This document shows, one piece after another, positions 20,330 through 29,931 of a DNA stretch of 36,560 bases. Made by a program: the position numbers and the translations under genes. The DNA comes from a virus (Duplodnaviria > Heunggongvirae > Uroviricota > Caudoviricetes). The DNA lies in IMG/VR virus record IMGVR_UViG_2724679539_000003, positions 1 through 36,560 of that record; one strand, written 5' to 3'. Below the pieces are notes generated by a model. It had not been told where the DNA came from. It was given only the letters and a program-made list of their open reading frames with translations, and made no database searches. Each line of letters opens with the position of its first letter. Position 1 is the stretch's first letter.

Positions 20330-20483
20330 CGGTATTCACCTTTTTATTCACGCGCCGGATATCACCCGCTGCTTCACGGCGCAGCCAGTAGTTGTTCTCG
20401 TCAACATTTCGCCCTTCGGCGGGCAAAAGGTCGCCGCGGGCAGGATCAGGAACTGACCGCCCTTTAACAGGTTTGACAAACAT
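20313..20483 (-). CDS. Small basic hypothetical protein (56 aa, not in the supplied ORF list)
   Basis: ATG at 20483 with a GAGGA RBS 5 nt upstream, 8 nt after the upstream gene stop; translation MFVKPVKGRSVPDPARGDLLPAEGRNVDENNYWLRREAAGDIRRVNKKVNTDDKL; overlaps the sheath start by 17 nt. Confidence 0.3.
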   Translation of the reverse strand: MFVKPVKGRSVPDPARGDLLPAEGRNVDENNYWLRREAAGDIRRVNKKVNTDDDKL

Positions 20484-20491
20484 GAGGATCC

Positions 20492-21052
20492 TCAGGAAGG
20501 AAGGGTTATTTCGGTGTGATGTTCGATATCGCCGTCAGGCCCGTTACCGGGCTCGAGATAATCAACATCAATCGCCAGCGTTTGCAGTTCATCCAGACTG
20601 TTCAGATCATCCTGCTGGCGGGTATCGTCTTCAGTCAGCTCGCTGATGACCGAAAAATCGAACTGATAAATCAGCTCATGACGATTCAGATCCAGCAGCG
20701 TGCCGCCGTCATAGGTAATCGGGTTACCGCACGCCTCCGGGTTCCAGCCCAGCAGAGCCTTAAAGAGCATCTGCCGGACATCGTCCACCACATCATACGA
20801 GGCAAACTGACCGCGCTCATCACGCCCGTTACTCAGTATGACAACCACGGAGAAGCCCTCTTTCAGCTCCTGCCAGTAGTCGGTCTGGCTTTTGTTTTCT
20901 CCCGGAGAGTCATCACCCGGTACCACATACGCCGCCGGGAGTCTCAGCTTTCCGACCTCCGGCAGATTTTTGAACTGGGCCGCGCCTGCCACCCGGTTTT
21001 CAAAATACGGACAGCGGGCACGCAGTGCAGCAATAACAGGCGTCAGTTTCAT
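20492..21052 (-). CDS. Neck or tail-completion protein (uncharacterised family)
   Basis: 186-aa ORF between head-completion genes and the sheath. Confidence 0.55.
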   Translation of the reverse strand: MKLTPVIAALRARCPYFENRVAGAAQFKNLPEVGKLRLPAAYVVPGDDSPGENKSQTDYWQELKEGFSVVVILSNGRDERGQFASYDVVDDVRQMLFKALLGWNPEACGNPITYDGGTLLDLNRHELIYQFDFSVISELTEDDTRQQDDLNSLDELQTLAIDVDYLEPGNGPDGDIEHHTEITLPS

Positions 21053-21555
21053 CTGTGTCGTCGCTCCGGCTTCAGTGATTTACGCAATTCCCGCGCCAGA
21101 AAATAGCGTGTCCAGCTGCGGTTCTTTTCAAGCGTTTCCACCATGAAGTTATTACGTGGAGCCAGTCGCCAGCCGCTGCCACCGGATGCACCACGATGAT
21201 GACTACGACGACGTTTTGCTCCTCCCCGGACACCAAAAAACAGAAACGCCGGATAGAAGTCACCAGAGATCATCCGGTTCCCCTTCCCGTTGCGCTGGTT
21301 AGGGGCAATGCGTGTCATAAAACCGGCTCGCTTTTTACTGGCTCTCGGCACCATGTAACCAATCGAACGAGCCAGGCGTCCGGTCTGATAACCGGGGTTT
21401 TCACCCGGTGCCGACCGCGCACGGCGCATCACCAGCCGACGGGCATCACGCATATGACGCTGACCAATCGTGACAAACGCCCGCCGGACACGGGCGCGGT
21501 TAAAGCGCATCTCCGCGGGCTGCTGAAAATCAACGTGCAAAAAGGAAGTCGTCAT
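21049..21555 (-). CDS. HK97 gp10-family head-tail joining protein
   Basis: 168-aa Arg-rich ORF in the head-completion block. Confidence 0.65.
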   Translation of the reverse strand: MTTSFLHVDFQQPAEMRFNRARVRRAFVTIGQRHMRDARRLVMRRARSAPGENPGYQTGRLARSIGYMVPRASKKRAGFMTRIAPNQRNGKGNRMISGDFYPAFLFFGVRGGAKRRRSHHRGASGGSGWRLAPRNNFMVETLEKNRSWTRYFLARELRKSLKPERRHR

Positions 21556-21940
21556 TGTTGCCTCCGTGACTCTGCCTACATTCGCCCAGCTCCGTACACT
21601 CCAGCAGCAGAAAGCGCCGCGCCCCGTTCAGATCGCGCTGACGTTTCACCCGGTACACACTGTCACCGCAGACCACCTCATAATCAGCGGTGATCCCCCG
21701 GCGGTAACGAATGGTGATGTAATGGGTGATGGCGTCCCCGGTCTGCGCGGTTTCCTGCCAGGTGGTGGCACTGGTCTGGATAACCTTCGCCCATGTCCGG
21801 AACGTAACCGGGTATTGAGGCTCCACGCCAAAGTTATCCGCGGGCATATCCACCCGCAGGCGGATCAGGACGCGTTTATTCAGTTCACCGGGGTCCGGCA
21901 GAATGTAGGTTGCGCTGGTCTGCGCCTGACGAATTTTCAT
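21530..21940 (-). CDS. Head closure / head-tail adaptor protein
   Basis: 136-aa ORF; position. Confidence 0.65.
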   Translation of the reverse strand: MKIRQAQTSATYILPDPGELNKRVLIRLRVDMPADNFGVEPQYPVTFRTWAKVIQTSATTWQETAQTGDAITHYITIRYRRGITADYEVVCGDSVYRVKRQRDLNGARRFLLLECTELGECRQSHGGNNDDFLFAR

Positions 21941-22260
21941 TGCGGAAAGTACCTGTACGGGCCGACAAGCCAGCCAAAACTCTGCGGCATGTCGAGTTTC
22001 TCCACTTCCGTAACCGACGAGCGGTTTTCGTAAAAATGGCTGATAAGCATCAGCATCCCCAGACGAATATCATCCGGCAGGTGCAGCCCGTCCGGATCGC
22101 TGTCCGGAATGGTTTCATCCGGTGCATAGAGCTTCCGGTTCAGATACGTTTCCGTCCGCTTTTGTGCCGCACATGCCAGCAGTTGCAGATGGCGGTCATC
22201 AGTATCGAAATCCTCATCCAGCCGGAGTTGGGCTTTAATCTCTTCCATTGTCAGAAGCAT
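21937..22260 (-). CDS. gp6-like head-tail connector protein
   Basis: 107-aa acidic ORF downstream of the capsid gene. Confidence 0.7.
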   Translation of the reverse strand: MLLTMEEIKAQLRLDEDFDTDDRHLQLLACAAQKRTETYLNRKLYAPDETIPDSDPDGLHLPDDIRLGMLMLISHFYENRSSVTEVEKLDMPQSFGWLVGPYRYFPQ

Positions 22261-22262
22261 AC

Positions 22263-22463
22263 TCAGCCCTCTTTACTGGTCGTGGCTTTTTTCTCTTTTG
22301 CCGCTTTACTGCTTTTTGCACTGATTCCGCGCTCTGCTAACCCGGCCTGAAGTGCAATCTCCTGCACCCGGGCAGGAAGCGCCCCGTCGTCATACTCACC
22401 GGCCTGAATGACCTCAACACGCATACCGTCCGGTGACCATTTCAGATCTTGTTTCAGGATCAT
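22263..22463 (-). CDS. Hypothetical small protein
   Basis: 66-aa ORF packed between the capsid and connector genes. Confidence 0.4.
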   Translation of the reverse strand: MILKQDLKWSPDGMRVEVIQAGEYDDGALPARVQEIALQAGLAERGISAKSSKAAKEKKATTSKEG

Positions 22464-22484
22464 GATTCTTCACCCGTCAGAACA

Positions 22485-22506
22485 GGGGGCGCGGTTCCGC
22501 GCCCCT
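22485..22506 (-). other. GC-rich stem-loop immediately downstream of the major capsid gene
   Basis: GGGGGCGCGG-tt-CCGCGCCCCT, a 9-10 bp G/C stem 7 nt after the capsid stop, with no U-tract. Confidence 0.4.
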
Positions 22507-22512
22507 GAGTGA

Positions 22513-23718
22513 TTACGCCGCTGCAATCTTCAGCAGTTTGATGGCCTGCGAATCGACCAGCATCCCGCCGGTGCGCTTGGTGGTATAAAAACCGACAAAC
22601 GGTTTATTGGTGTACGGGTCACGCAGAATGCGGGTGCCGATACGGTCAACGATGGTGTAACCCCGTTTGAAGTTACCAAATGCAATGGCTTTCGCATCAG
22701 CGGCGATATCCGGCATCTGTTCGTTTTCAGCGATACCGTAACCCGCCAGAGAGGACGGCTGCCCCAGCTCCAGCCCCGGACGCCACAGATAGTTACCCTC
22801 GCTGTCTTTCAGCAGACGAATGGCAAACAGGCTGTTGTTGTTCATCATGAACTTCGCACCGGTGCGATGTGCCTTACGCAGCGTGTAAATCAGTTTGATA
22901 ATGGCATCAGCGGTCACTGCCGTCGCTTCACCGGATACAATATGCTGAAGTTTGCCAAACGCCCGGACCTTGTCGGTTTCATCCGTGGACTCATACGCCA
23001 GGAACCCTTTCGGCTTCTTGGTGCCATCGCCGGAGGTAAAGGCAATTTCTTCCTGTTCGGCAAATTCGGTTGCCAGCTCGCTGTTGATCCAGGCCTCCAC
23101 GTTGAAGAAGGCATCGTCCAGCATTTTCTGGGTGGCCTGCGGGTTGCCGTAGATTTCCCCCATGAGAGGTTCAATCAGCTCCAGTCTGGAGGTGGCAGTC
23201 TGGGATCGCGTATCCGTTTCCCCCACCCATCCGGAAGCCGTACCGCCCAGATTCACCAGTTTTTTGTAGTCGGAACCGCCAACGGTGATCACCGTGGCTT
23301 CCTGACGCATCACCACTTCATCTTTCAGCAGGGTCAGAATGTTGCGATCCAGCGCTTCCGGCACGGCATAGCCACCGTCTTCATCGGTGCCCACCTGTAA
23401 TGCCTTGCGCTCCAGATCGCGCAGACCATCTTCACGGCCTTTACGCAGGAAGCCCACAAACGCTTCTTTATGCTCGGTGGCCAGTTTATTTTGCGCACCA
23501 CCTGCCGGACGTTTCAGCTCAAGCAGCTCTTTTTCAAGGTCGCTTTTGAGATTTTCCAGCTCGCTGAGTTTTCCGTTCAGGGTTTCCACCTGCCCGGCAA
23601 GCTTGCCTTTTTCCTGCTCAATCGCATCCACGCGCTTGTCGTTCTTTGCTTTGAAGTCGTCAAACTTCTGCTGCAGCTCCTGCGCGACCTGTTCGACATC
23701 TTTAATATCTACCGCCAT
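22513..23718 (-). CDS. Major capsid protein, HK97 family
   Basis: 401 aa; N-terminal coiled-coil delta domain then HK97-fold-like body; AGGAG RBS. Confidence 0.9.
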   Translation of the reverse strand: MAVDIKDVEQVAQELQQKFDDFKAKNDKRVDAIEQEKGKLAGQVETLNGKLSELENLKSDLEKELLELKRPAGGAQNKLATEHKEAFVGFLRKGREDGLRDLERKALQVGTDEDGGYAVPEALDRNILTLLKDEVVMRQEATVITVGGSDYKKLVNLGGTASGWVGETDTRSQTATSRLELIEPLMGEIYGNPQATQKMLDDAFFNVEAWINSELATEFAEQEEIAFTSGDGTKKPKGFLAYESTDETDKVRAFGKLQHIVSGEATAVTADAIIKLIYTLRKAHRTGAKFMMNNNSLFAIRLLKDSEGNYLWRPGLELGQPSSLAGYGIAENEQMPDIAADAKAIAFGNFKRGYTIVDRIGTRILRDPYTNKPFVGFYTTKRTGGMLVDSQAIKLLKIAAA

Positions 23719-23732
23719 CGTATTTCTCCTGA

Positions 23733-24383
23733 TTAGAAGTTCAGATTTTTCAGTGCATTCAGTGCAGAGCCCACATCCTCAGCGTCGCGCAGGGACAGTG
23801 CGCCATAGCCCCCGGCCATGAATGCTTTGGCCTGGGTACGGGAGAGTCCGACATCACGCAGGACTCTTTCGATTTTTTTCTGTTCGGGGATTTCCCCGCG
23901 GGCCAGCGCGTTCTTGACGTCGCTGATCCGCGCCTCGTCGTTAGACGGAAACGTCACCAGACTGACTTCCCAGAGGTCGATTTCTTTCAGCAGAAAGGCT
24001 TCTTTCGTCCGGTCGTATTCCCAGTCCTTCAGGACGTACCCAATAGAAAGGCCGGTTAACGAACCGGCCTTCATGTGTGCATGTGCGCGTTTTGCCAGGG
24101 GATCATCATCAATGAGCAACCGCCCCCTGACGTAAAGCCCGACATCGTCTTCCTTCATTTCGGTGTAAACACCGATGGGCTCATCCATGCGGTGCTGCCA
24201 GAGCAGCGCAGGTAACGCTTTTCTGTCACTCCACGCCCGCAGGGAAGCAGCAAATGCCCCGGACATCACCACATCATCGTGACTGTCCTTTACACCAAAG
24301 ACGGAGCCATACCCTTCAAACTCACCGGAGTCACTGACAGATTTCAGACTCAGCGGTACATCAAGACGTTGTTTCGTCTGCAT
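23733..24383 (-). CDS. Prohead protease, HK97 family
   Basis: ORF 23733-24419; likely start ATG at 24383 (AAGGA RBS), 19 nt after the portal stop. Confidence 0.85.
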   Translation of the reverse strand: MQTKQRLDVPLSLKSVSDSGEFEGYGSVFGVKDSHDDVVMSGAFAASLRAWSDRKALPALLWQHRMDEPIGVYTEMKEDDVGLYVRGRLLIDDDPLAKRAHAHMKAGSLTGLSIGYVLKDWEYDRTKEAFLLKEIDLWEVSLVTFPSNDEARISDVKNALARGEIPEQKKIERVLRDVGLSRTQAKAFMAGGYGALSLRDAEDVGSALNALKNLNF

Positions 24384-25602
24384 TGGCGTTATCCTTCTGC
24401 TTACCGGCTTTACTGCCATCGGAGGGTTTCGTGGTCATGTTCATCGGTGTGAGATAGACATCACCACCGGGACGCGGATTCATATCTTCCAGGTCGCGGC
24501 AGTCATTGGGAGAGTAAATTCCCCAGTTGATCCCGGTGGCGTAGGCTTCAAAACGGGACTTCATATCCCCGCGCAGTAACGCCCCGGCGTTAAATTTGGC
24601 GTAATAAACGCCCTGCTTACTTTTTCGTACCAGTCCGGTGTTGATCCGCTGTTCGATGCGGGTCAGATACGGCACCAGTGAATAGTTGATAAATCCCAGC
24701 CCCAGCTCTTCGATATTGTTGAAGGTGGCGCGATCGGTGTTCTGCACCATGTGCAACGGCACCCGGAACAGACGACAGATTTCTTCAAGCTGAAACTTGC
24801 GGGTTTCCAGGAACTGGCTGTCCTCGGCGTTCAGCGCCATCGACTTCCAGTCCAGCCCCATCTCAAGGATCATCGGGCGGTGAGCATTGCCAAGCCCGGT
24901 GTGACGCTCCTCAAAATCTTTCTTCAGGCGCTCATAAGCCTGATCTGACAGCGTCTGCTCTGTACGCAACACACCCGACGTCACCGCGCCATTGCTGAAC
25001 AGTCTGGCCCCGTGTTCTTCGGTCGCTGCCGCCAGCGATATTGCCTCGCGGGCATAGGCGATGGGATTCAGCCCCACCAGTCCGTCCAGCGTCAGCGTGC
25101 GCACATGCCAGATATCCTCCTGGCTCAGTACATCCGTGGAGCCATCCGGGAATGTGACCTGATAGATCGGCTCCCAGCTACTGTTAAGCTTCGGTACCAC
25201 ACAGCCGGGATCGACGGGCAGCAGTTCAGCCACTTCGCCAAATGCTTTCACTTTGTAGGCGTAAAAGTTTCCCCTCAGGCACAGACAGGTGACCACCAGC
25301 TCCCAGAACTCCTGCGGCGTCATATAGCCATTGGGATGCGTGGAGATCAGCTTATGCAGACGTTCGCCGGTGGCTCTCTGTTTCAGGCTGCCGTTCAGGT
25401 GATACAGATTGCAGGGCAACATCCCGACCGACTCTGCCAGCACCCTGACGCAGGAAAAAACCGCCGTCAGTCGCATGGCCCGCTGGCTGCTGATCTGCTT
25501 TCCGGTATAGGTGTCATATGACAGCCCGATAGCATCCGCCAGCTCTGCTGGCGTAGTCACCGGTGCGTCACTTTTTCGTTGAAATAATCCCGAAAAGAAC
25601 AC
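24361..25602 (-). CDS. Portal protein, HK97 family
   Basis: 413 aa; GTG start at 25602 preceded by GGAGG. Confidence 0.88.
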   Translation of the reverse strand: MFFSGLFQRKSDAPVTTPAELADAIGLSYDTYTGKQISSQRAMRLTAVFSCVRVLAESVGMLPCNLYHLNGSLKQRATGERLHKLISTHPNGYMTPQEFWELVVTCLCLRGNFYAYKVKAFGEVAELLPVDPGCVVPKLNSSWEPIYQVTFPDGSTDVLSQEDIWHVRTLTLDGLVGLNPIAYAREAISLAAATEEHGARLFSNGAVTSGVLRTEQTLSDQAYERLKKDFEERHTGLGNAHRPMILEMGLDWKSMALNAEDSQFLETRKFQLEEICRLFRVPLHMVQNTDRATFNNIEELGLGFINYSLVPYLTRIEQRINTGLVRKSKQGVYYAKFNAGALLRGDMKSRFEAYATGINWGIYSPNDCRDLEDMNPRPGGDVYLTPMNMTTKPSDGSKAGKQKDNANADETTS

Positions 25603-25784
25603 TATTTACCTCCGCCGACAGACGGCTGTGTACGGTCGAGATATCGCGCCACCAGCCACGACCAGAACAGGCACAGCGCCCCGGCAACAACAAAACCCGC
25701 CGGGGGATAAATCAGCCAGGCGCCATACGCCAGCAAAAGCGCACCCAGCACGCCCACCAGAGGCGCGAGAATCAGCATGATCAT
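25602..25784 (-). CDS. Small membrane protein (2 predicted TM helices)
   Basis: 60-aa hydrophobic ORF between terminase large subunit and portal. Confidence 0.4.
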   Translation of the reverse strand: MIMLILAPLVGVLGALLLAYGAWLIYPPAGFVVAGALCLFWSWLVARYLDRTQPSVGGGK

Positions 25785-25795
25785 AATTACCTCAG

Positions 25796-27529
25796 TTAAA
25801 GCGAGCGGATCCCGTAGGACTCAATGTGATCAGACAGCGTGTCTTCTTTCTCGTACAGCATGGCTCTGCCAACCGCCATAATCAGCGCAACTGCACCGTC
25901 AATTTTGTTTTCCGCCTGCTCTTTGACGGGTTTCACCACATCATCGTTACCCGGAATGGTTTTGCCGACCACGTTGCCGATACACCAGGTCATGATGGGA
26001 TTGCCGTCATGATGAAAGCGCCCCGATTCAATTGCCGCTTCCAGCTCTTTCATCGGGTCGGACATGTTGGTGTAGTTCTGAATGATAGTGATGGGGTTCA
26101 GGTCTTCATCAGCAAGGTCATGTGACAACCCGGTCGCCCCGAAGGGGTCGATGGGTGACTCACTGACCGGGCTGATTTTGTTCGCCGCTTTGGCCTCCTC
26201 GAGGATGTAGCGATAATCCACCTCCGCACCATCGGTAACGGTCAGAACGCCCATTTCCACCCATTTCTGAAAGCGTTCGGCTGTCCGTCGATCTTCATTT
26301 TTCTCGACGCTGTACACCGTGTCATACGGTACCCAGAAACGCGGGGCCACACTGTAGTAATGCGTTTTACCGTCAATCTCGCGGGTATAAAGTCGCGCCA
26401 TGCTGTTCATATCCAGCTTACGCGCCAGGTCAAAGGCCAGAATGCACGGCTGCCCCTCGAACTGCTCAAGGGTCAGTGATTTATCCTCGCAGCTCTGCCA
26501 GCTCACCAGGTTGAAATACGCCGAACGCGCCGACACCCAGATATTGAGGTGTTTTGTTTTAAAGACGTTTGCCAGACGGGCGTTATTTTTCGCACGCTGC
26601 TGCTGACTTAACAAAAATTCGCGATAAACCGACACGCCAATATTTGGATTGGCTTTTTCCAGCACCTGCGGGTCGGTCCAGTCGTCACCTTCATCAACGG
26701 TATAGATGATCCCGAACAGTTCATCGTTAGGCACCGAGCCGTTGAGCATCTCGATGACTTCCCGCCGTTTGTCGTAGCACGGCCCCTCAATGTTGTACCC
26801 GGCGGTAGTGATAGCCCACATCAGTGGCTGACGTCGCGCCCCCATCCCGGTAAGCATCGTGGTGTAAAGCGCATCTGTGGCGTGCTCGTGATATTCATCC
26901 ACCACCGCACAGTGGGGTGATGAACCATCACCGGGGTTACCGATCAGCGGTTCAAAACGCGCACCATCCTCCGGACGGTTCATGTTTGAGGCGTTAACCT
27001 CAATCCCGAACGCTTCCGTCAGCATGGGTGTGCGTTTACACATCAGTCTTGCCGGACGAAAGACTTCCCATGCCTGTTTCTCCGTCGTGGCACCGGAATA
27101 CACTTCCGCGCCGAACTCGTTATCACAGGCAAAACAATACAGGGCGACACCGGCAGAGATTGCCGATTTGCCGTTCTTACGGGGGATTTCGGTATACACC
27201 TCACGGAAGCGGCGCAGCCGGGAGCCTTTATTGACCCAGCCAAACGCGCAGCAGATCACAAAGAGCTGCCACGGCTCCAGCGTAATGGGCATCCTCTTAA
27301 ATGCCCACTCACCCTTGGTGTGCGGCAACAGCTGAATAAATTTGGCGGCCCGTTCAGCCAGGTCCTTGTCGAAGCGGTAACGAAACGACTTACTTTTTTC
27401 CGCCATCAGGTCATCAAGATGGCGCTGGCAGGCCTGAATCACAAACTGGCAGGCCACAATCTTTCCGCGAACGACATCCCGGGCATACTGATTGGCAGCA
27501 TTTACGTTGGGGTAAGATTTCCGGCTCAT
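25796..27529 (-). CDS. Terminase large subunit
   Basis: 577 aa; Walker-A-like [10 protein letters not shown] and nuclease C-terminal half; ATGA overlap with the small subunit. Confidence 0.92.
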   Translation of the reverse strand: MSRKSYPNVNAANQYARDVVRGKIVACQFVIQACQRHLDDLMAEKSKSFRYRFDKDLAERAAKFIQLLPHTKGEWAFKRMPITLEPWQLFVICCAFGWVNKGSRLRRFREVYTEIPRKNGKSAISAGVALYCFACDNEFGAEVYSGATTEKQAWEVFRPARLMCKRTPMLTEAFGIEVNASNMNRPEDGARFEPLIGNPGDGSSPHCAVVDEYHEHATDALYTTMLTGMGARRQPLMWAITTAGYNIEGPCYDKRREVIEMLNGSVPNDELFGIIYTVDEGDDWTDPQVLEKANPNIGVSVYREFLLSQQQRAKNNARLANVFKTKHLNIWVSARSAYFNLVSWQSCEDKSLTLEQFEGQPCILAFDLARKLDMNSMARLYTREIDGKTHYYSVAPRFWVPYDTVYSVEKNEDRRTAERFQKWVEMGVLTVTDGAEVDYRYILEEAKAANKISPVSESPIDPFGATGLSHDLADEDLNPITIIQNYTNMSDPMKELEAAIESGRFHHDGNPIMTWCIGNVVGKTIPGNDDVVKPVKEQAENKIDGAVALIMAVGRAMLYEKEDTLSDHIESYGIRSL

Positions 27530-28020
27530 GATTCGATGATTTTCAGAAACGGGTTAGTAGCTTTCTTCTGCCCCGCCAGGCCAATCAGACGCTGGCGGCT
27601 GCTGGGGTCGAGTCCGAGCATTGCCCCCGTGCTGCTCATCTCGGACTCCTGTTCTTTTTTGGCGGTCAGCTCAGGATTTTTGACCATACCGCCCATTGCA
27701 CCGGTGATGGTGTTGCCCTGTCTGGCAATATTTTTCACGGCACGTCGCCAGAACTCATAGGCCACACACCACCGCTCAAGCACCGCGAGGTCAGTCACGC
27801 ACAGCAGGCCCTGACCGCAAAGTTCTTTAGTTGTCAGTTGCCACATGATCGTGGCGAGAGGGAGATCTTCTTCAGCGAACCACTCCGGTGGCTCAACACC
27901 TTTGATGGGCGTAAAAACAGGTTCATCTTTATTCAGGGCTCGCTTGCCGGGGTTTCCGGCCAGCGCCTTGCGCGCCGTTGGCTTGGGGCGACGCCCGGAA
28001 CGCCCCGCCGTTCCAGCCAT
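27526..28020 (-). CDS. Terminase small subunit (P27-like)
   Basis: ORF 27526-28029 (GTG); likely start ATG at 28020 with AGGAG 8 nt upstream; basic N-terminus. Confidence 0.85.
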   Translation of the reverse strand: MAGTAGRSGRRPKPTARKALAGNPGKRALNKDEPVFTPIKGVEPPEWFAEEDLPLATIMWQLTTKELCGQGLLCVTDLAVLERWCVAYEFWRRAVKNIARQGNTITGAMGGMVKNPELTAKKEQESEMSSTGAMLGLDPSSRQRLIGLAGQKKATNPFLKIIES

Positions 28021-28070
28021 ATGCGGCACTCCTGGTTAAATTTCATTTTTCGCGGGTATAAAAAAACGAT

Positions 28071-28119
28071 GGGGCGGGCAGTCCGGAAGACGTCAGGTCA
28101 CAGGGATTTGACCCGCCCC
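28071..28119. repeat. 8-bp G/C inverted repeat pair with 33-bp spacer upstream of the terminase genes; candidate cos/terminase recognition region
   Basis: GGGGCGGG at about 28071-28078 and CCCGCCCC at about 28112-28119, in the 116-bp gap between the HNH and terS genes. Confidence 0.35.
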
Positions 28120-28145
28120 TCCCCTCTGGCAATGGGAACTGGTTC

Positions 28146-28496
28146 TTACTTCAGCCGTTCACGGGCCGTCTTCGCCTTATGACACGGCCAGCACAGACTC
28201 TGCAGGTTACTGTCGGCATCGGTGCCGCCATGCGCTTTGGGAATGATGTGGTCAACGGTTTTCGCCTCACCCACCACACCAGCATGCAGACATAATTGAC
28301 ATAAACCTTTGTCACGCTTCAGCACACGCGCGCGGATAACATCCCACTTCGAACCATAACCGCGCTGATGACGAGATTGCCCCGGCTTGTATTGTTTCCA
28401 GCCTTCGTTTTTGTGGCTTTCGCAGTAGCCTGACGGGTCTGTAGTGGTATTACGGCAGCCGCGAACGCGGCAGGATTTTGGGGTTCGTAGGGGCAT
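28146..28496 (-). CDS. Phage HNH endonuclease (terminase-associated)
   Basis: ORF 28146-28559; likely start ATG at 28496 (AGAGGA RBS); HNH motif CQLCLHAG...VDHIIPKAHGG...CWPCH. Confidence 0.85.
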   Translation of the reverse strand: MPLRTPKSCRVRGCRNTTTDPSGYCESHKNEGWKQYKPGQSRHQRGYGSKWDVIRARVLKRDKGLCQLCLHAGVVGEAKTVDHIIPKAHGGTDADSNLQSLCWPCHKAKTARERLK

Positions 28497-28646
28497 TGCA
28501 TAATCCTCTTGGATGGTTCGCGTACGATACGTGGCACCCTTCTCAGAATCGAATCGCACTCCATTCCGGTTTTGCCATAAACGATCTTTTATGCTTCGCT
28601 GGATGTAGTTGATAGTTGTTGAAACTCAATGAACAGGAGTTCACAA

Positions 28647-28982
28647 ATGAATAGTTATGAATGGGAATGGCTTTTGAACAAAGATGACACCCTATACTTT
28701 TTCCCCGTAGGCCATTCTGTAGAAGGTAATTACAAAATTCACTTTGAGTTGAGCGGTAGTTGTAACCTTAGAGTCTCAGATGCTGAATTGCATGGTAAAC
28801 CTGTACTGCTGTTCGAATACTTCGATGAAGATGATGACCGCCCTGCAATAATCGAAATATTAGAAACAACCACTACAACTGTGGAGGCGATGATCGCACA
28901 TCTGAATAGTATCGATAGTATTTACCATGAACCGATTTACAAAGCTGTTTACGAGTGGGCTGTAAAGTTTTTCTATCGATGA
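28647..28982 (+). CDS. Hypothetical small acidic protein (cassette A gene 1)
   Basis: ORF 28629-28982; likely start ATG at 28647 with AGGAG 8 nt upstream; AT-rich; opposite strand to the late operon. Confidence 0.6.
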   Translation: MNSYEWEWLLNKDDTLYFFPVGHSVEGNYKIHFELSGSCNLRVSDAELHGKPVLLFEYFDEDDDRPAIIEILETTTTTVEAMIAHLNSIDSIYHEPIYKAVYEWAVKFFYR

Positions 28983-29025
28983 TACTTCGTTATCTTTCTG
29001 GCATTCACAATACCTTTACATATTA

Positions 29026-29652
29026 ATGACATGCCAGCACAATACTGTCACTTACAACCGTTCGGATTACCTAGAGAAAAGTATGATTCAGGATTTACTG
29101 ATCGAAGCAATTAGTCACGATAGGATGCATAAAAAGTTAAATGAACTGAATGGCTACTTCTACAATCGCAAACATGACACACAAATACGTGATGAGTTAG
29201 TTGTTATACTCAATCAAATCAGCACACTAACTGCTTTAAGTGAGCATCCAAAACTCGGTATCGGCGCTGTTGACATATCACTTTATAACCAGTCGATATT
29301 AACGTCTGAACATAATGGCAATGTTGCAACCATCGAGATAAAACACCATTACCCAAAGGATTTACTTTATCGGCAAGTTCAAGAAGACATCATTTCCGAT
29401 ATTTCAAGAGTAATAGTTTCACCAACTACACACTTTATCCATATAATCCAGCAAAGAACCAAGATTAAAACTCCTTCTTTTGGTCAAGTGAAATTCCTTG
29501 AACGTGATGCAAGTGATATCAGCACTTATGTGCAATGTCTTGAGGAGCTAAGTTCATTTCCCAGTAATTTTCATAAAAAAAGTGTATGTATTGAGGTACT
29601 TGGTGAAATTATGTCGACATATACCTTTAACGTATATTCATTTGACAACTGA
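29026..29652 (+). CDS. Hypothetical protein, possible PD-(D/E)xK-like nuclease (cassette A gene 2)
   Basis: 208-aa AT-rich ORF (alternative start at 29083); possible motif GAVDIS...TIEIK; no confident family. Confidence 0.55.
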   Translation: MTCQHNTVTYNRSDYLEKSMIQDLLIEAISHDRMHKKLNELNGYFYNRKHDTQIRDELVVILNQISTLTALSEHPKLGIGAVDISLYNQSILTSEHNGNVATIEIKHHYPKDLLYRQVQEDIISDISRVIVSPTTHFIHIIQQRTKIKTPSFGQVKFLERDASDISTYVQCLEELSSFPSNFHKKSVCIEVLGEIMSTYTFNVYSFDN

Positions 29653-29673
29653 TTAATTTGACAATTTTATTGC

Positions 29674-29931
29674 TTAATGGTTAGTTCTCTCTGCATCTAT
29701 TTTACGAATATCAGCTTTATCCCGATTGCAGTTAGCCAGCGCAGACAACAGACTCACATTCAGCTCCAGACTGGCACCATACGTCAGCGGATTAGGTATA
29801 AACGGTACAGGAGTATCAGAAGTCAGGCTGGGTGGCAGTGGTGCCACCGGAACGCTCACGTAAACTGTCCGCGTACTTCCGCAACCGGTCAGCAGCGGCA
29901 GCAGGCACAGCACGTGAAGCACAATCATCAT
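29674..29931 (-). CDS. Rz1-like outer-membrane spanin lipoprotein
   Basis: Starts at the internal Met pair of ORF 29674-30159: MMIVLHVLCLLPLLTGCGS (lipobox LTGC), proline-rich, about 85 aa; +1 frame relative to Rz. Confidence 0.75.
   Translation of the reverse strand: MMIVLHVLCLLPLLTGCGSTRTVYVSVPVAPLPPSLTSDTPVPFIPNPLTYGASLELNVSLLSALANCNRDKADIRKIDAERTNH

Noticed and set aside
11164-27760. Plus-strand ORFs of 60-200 aa overlapping tail, head and terminase genes (for example 14993-15490, 20516-21106, 22867-23400, 25012-25521)
   Set aside because: All lie antisense to well-supported phage structural genes in GC-rich DNA and lack RBS and operon logic; treated as spurious.
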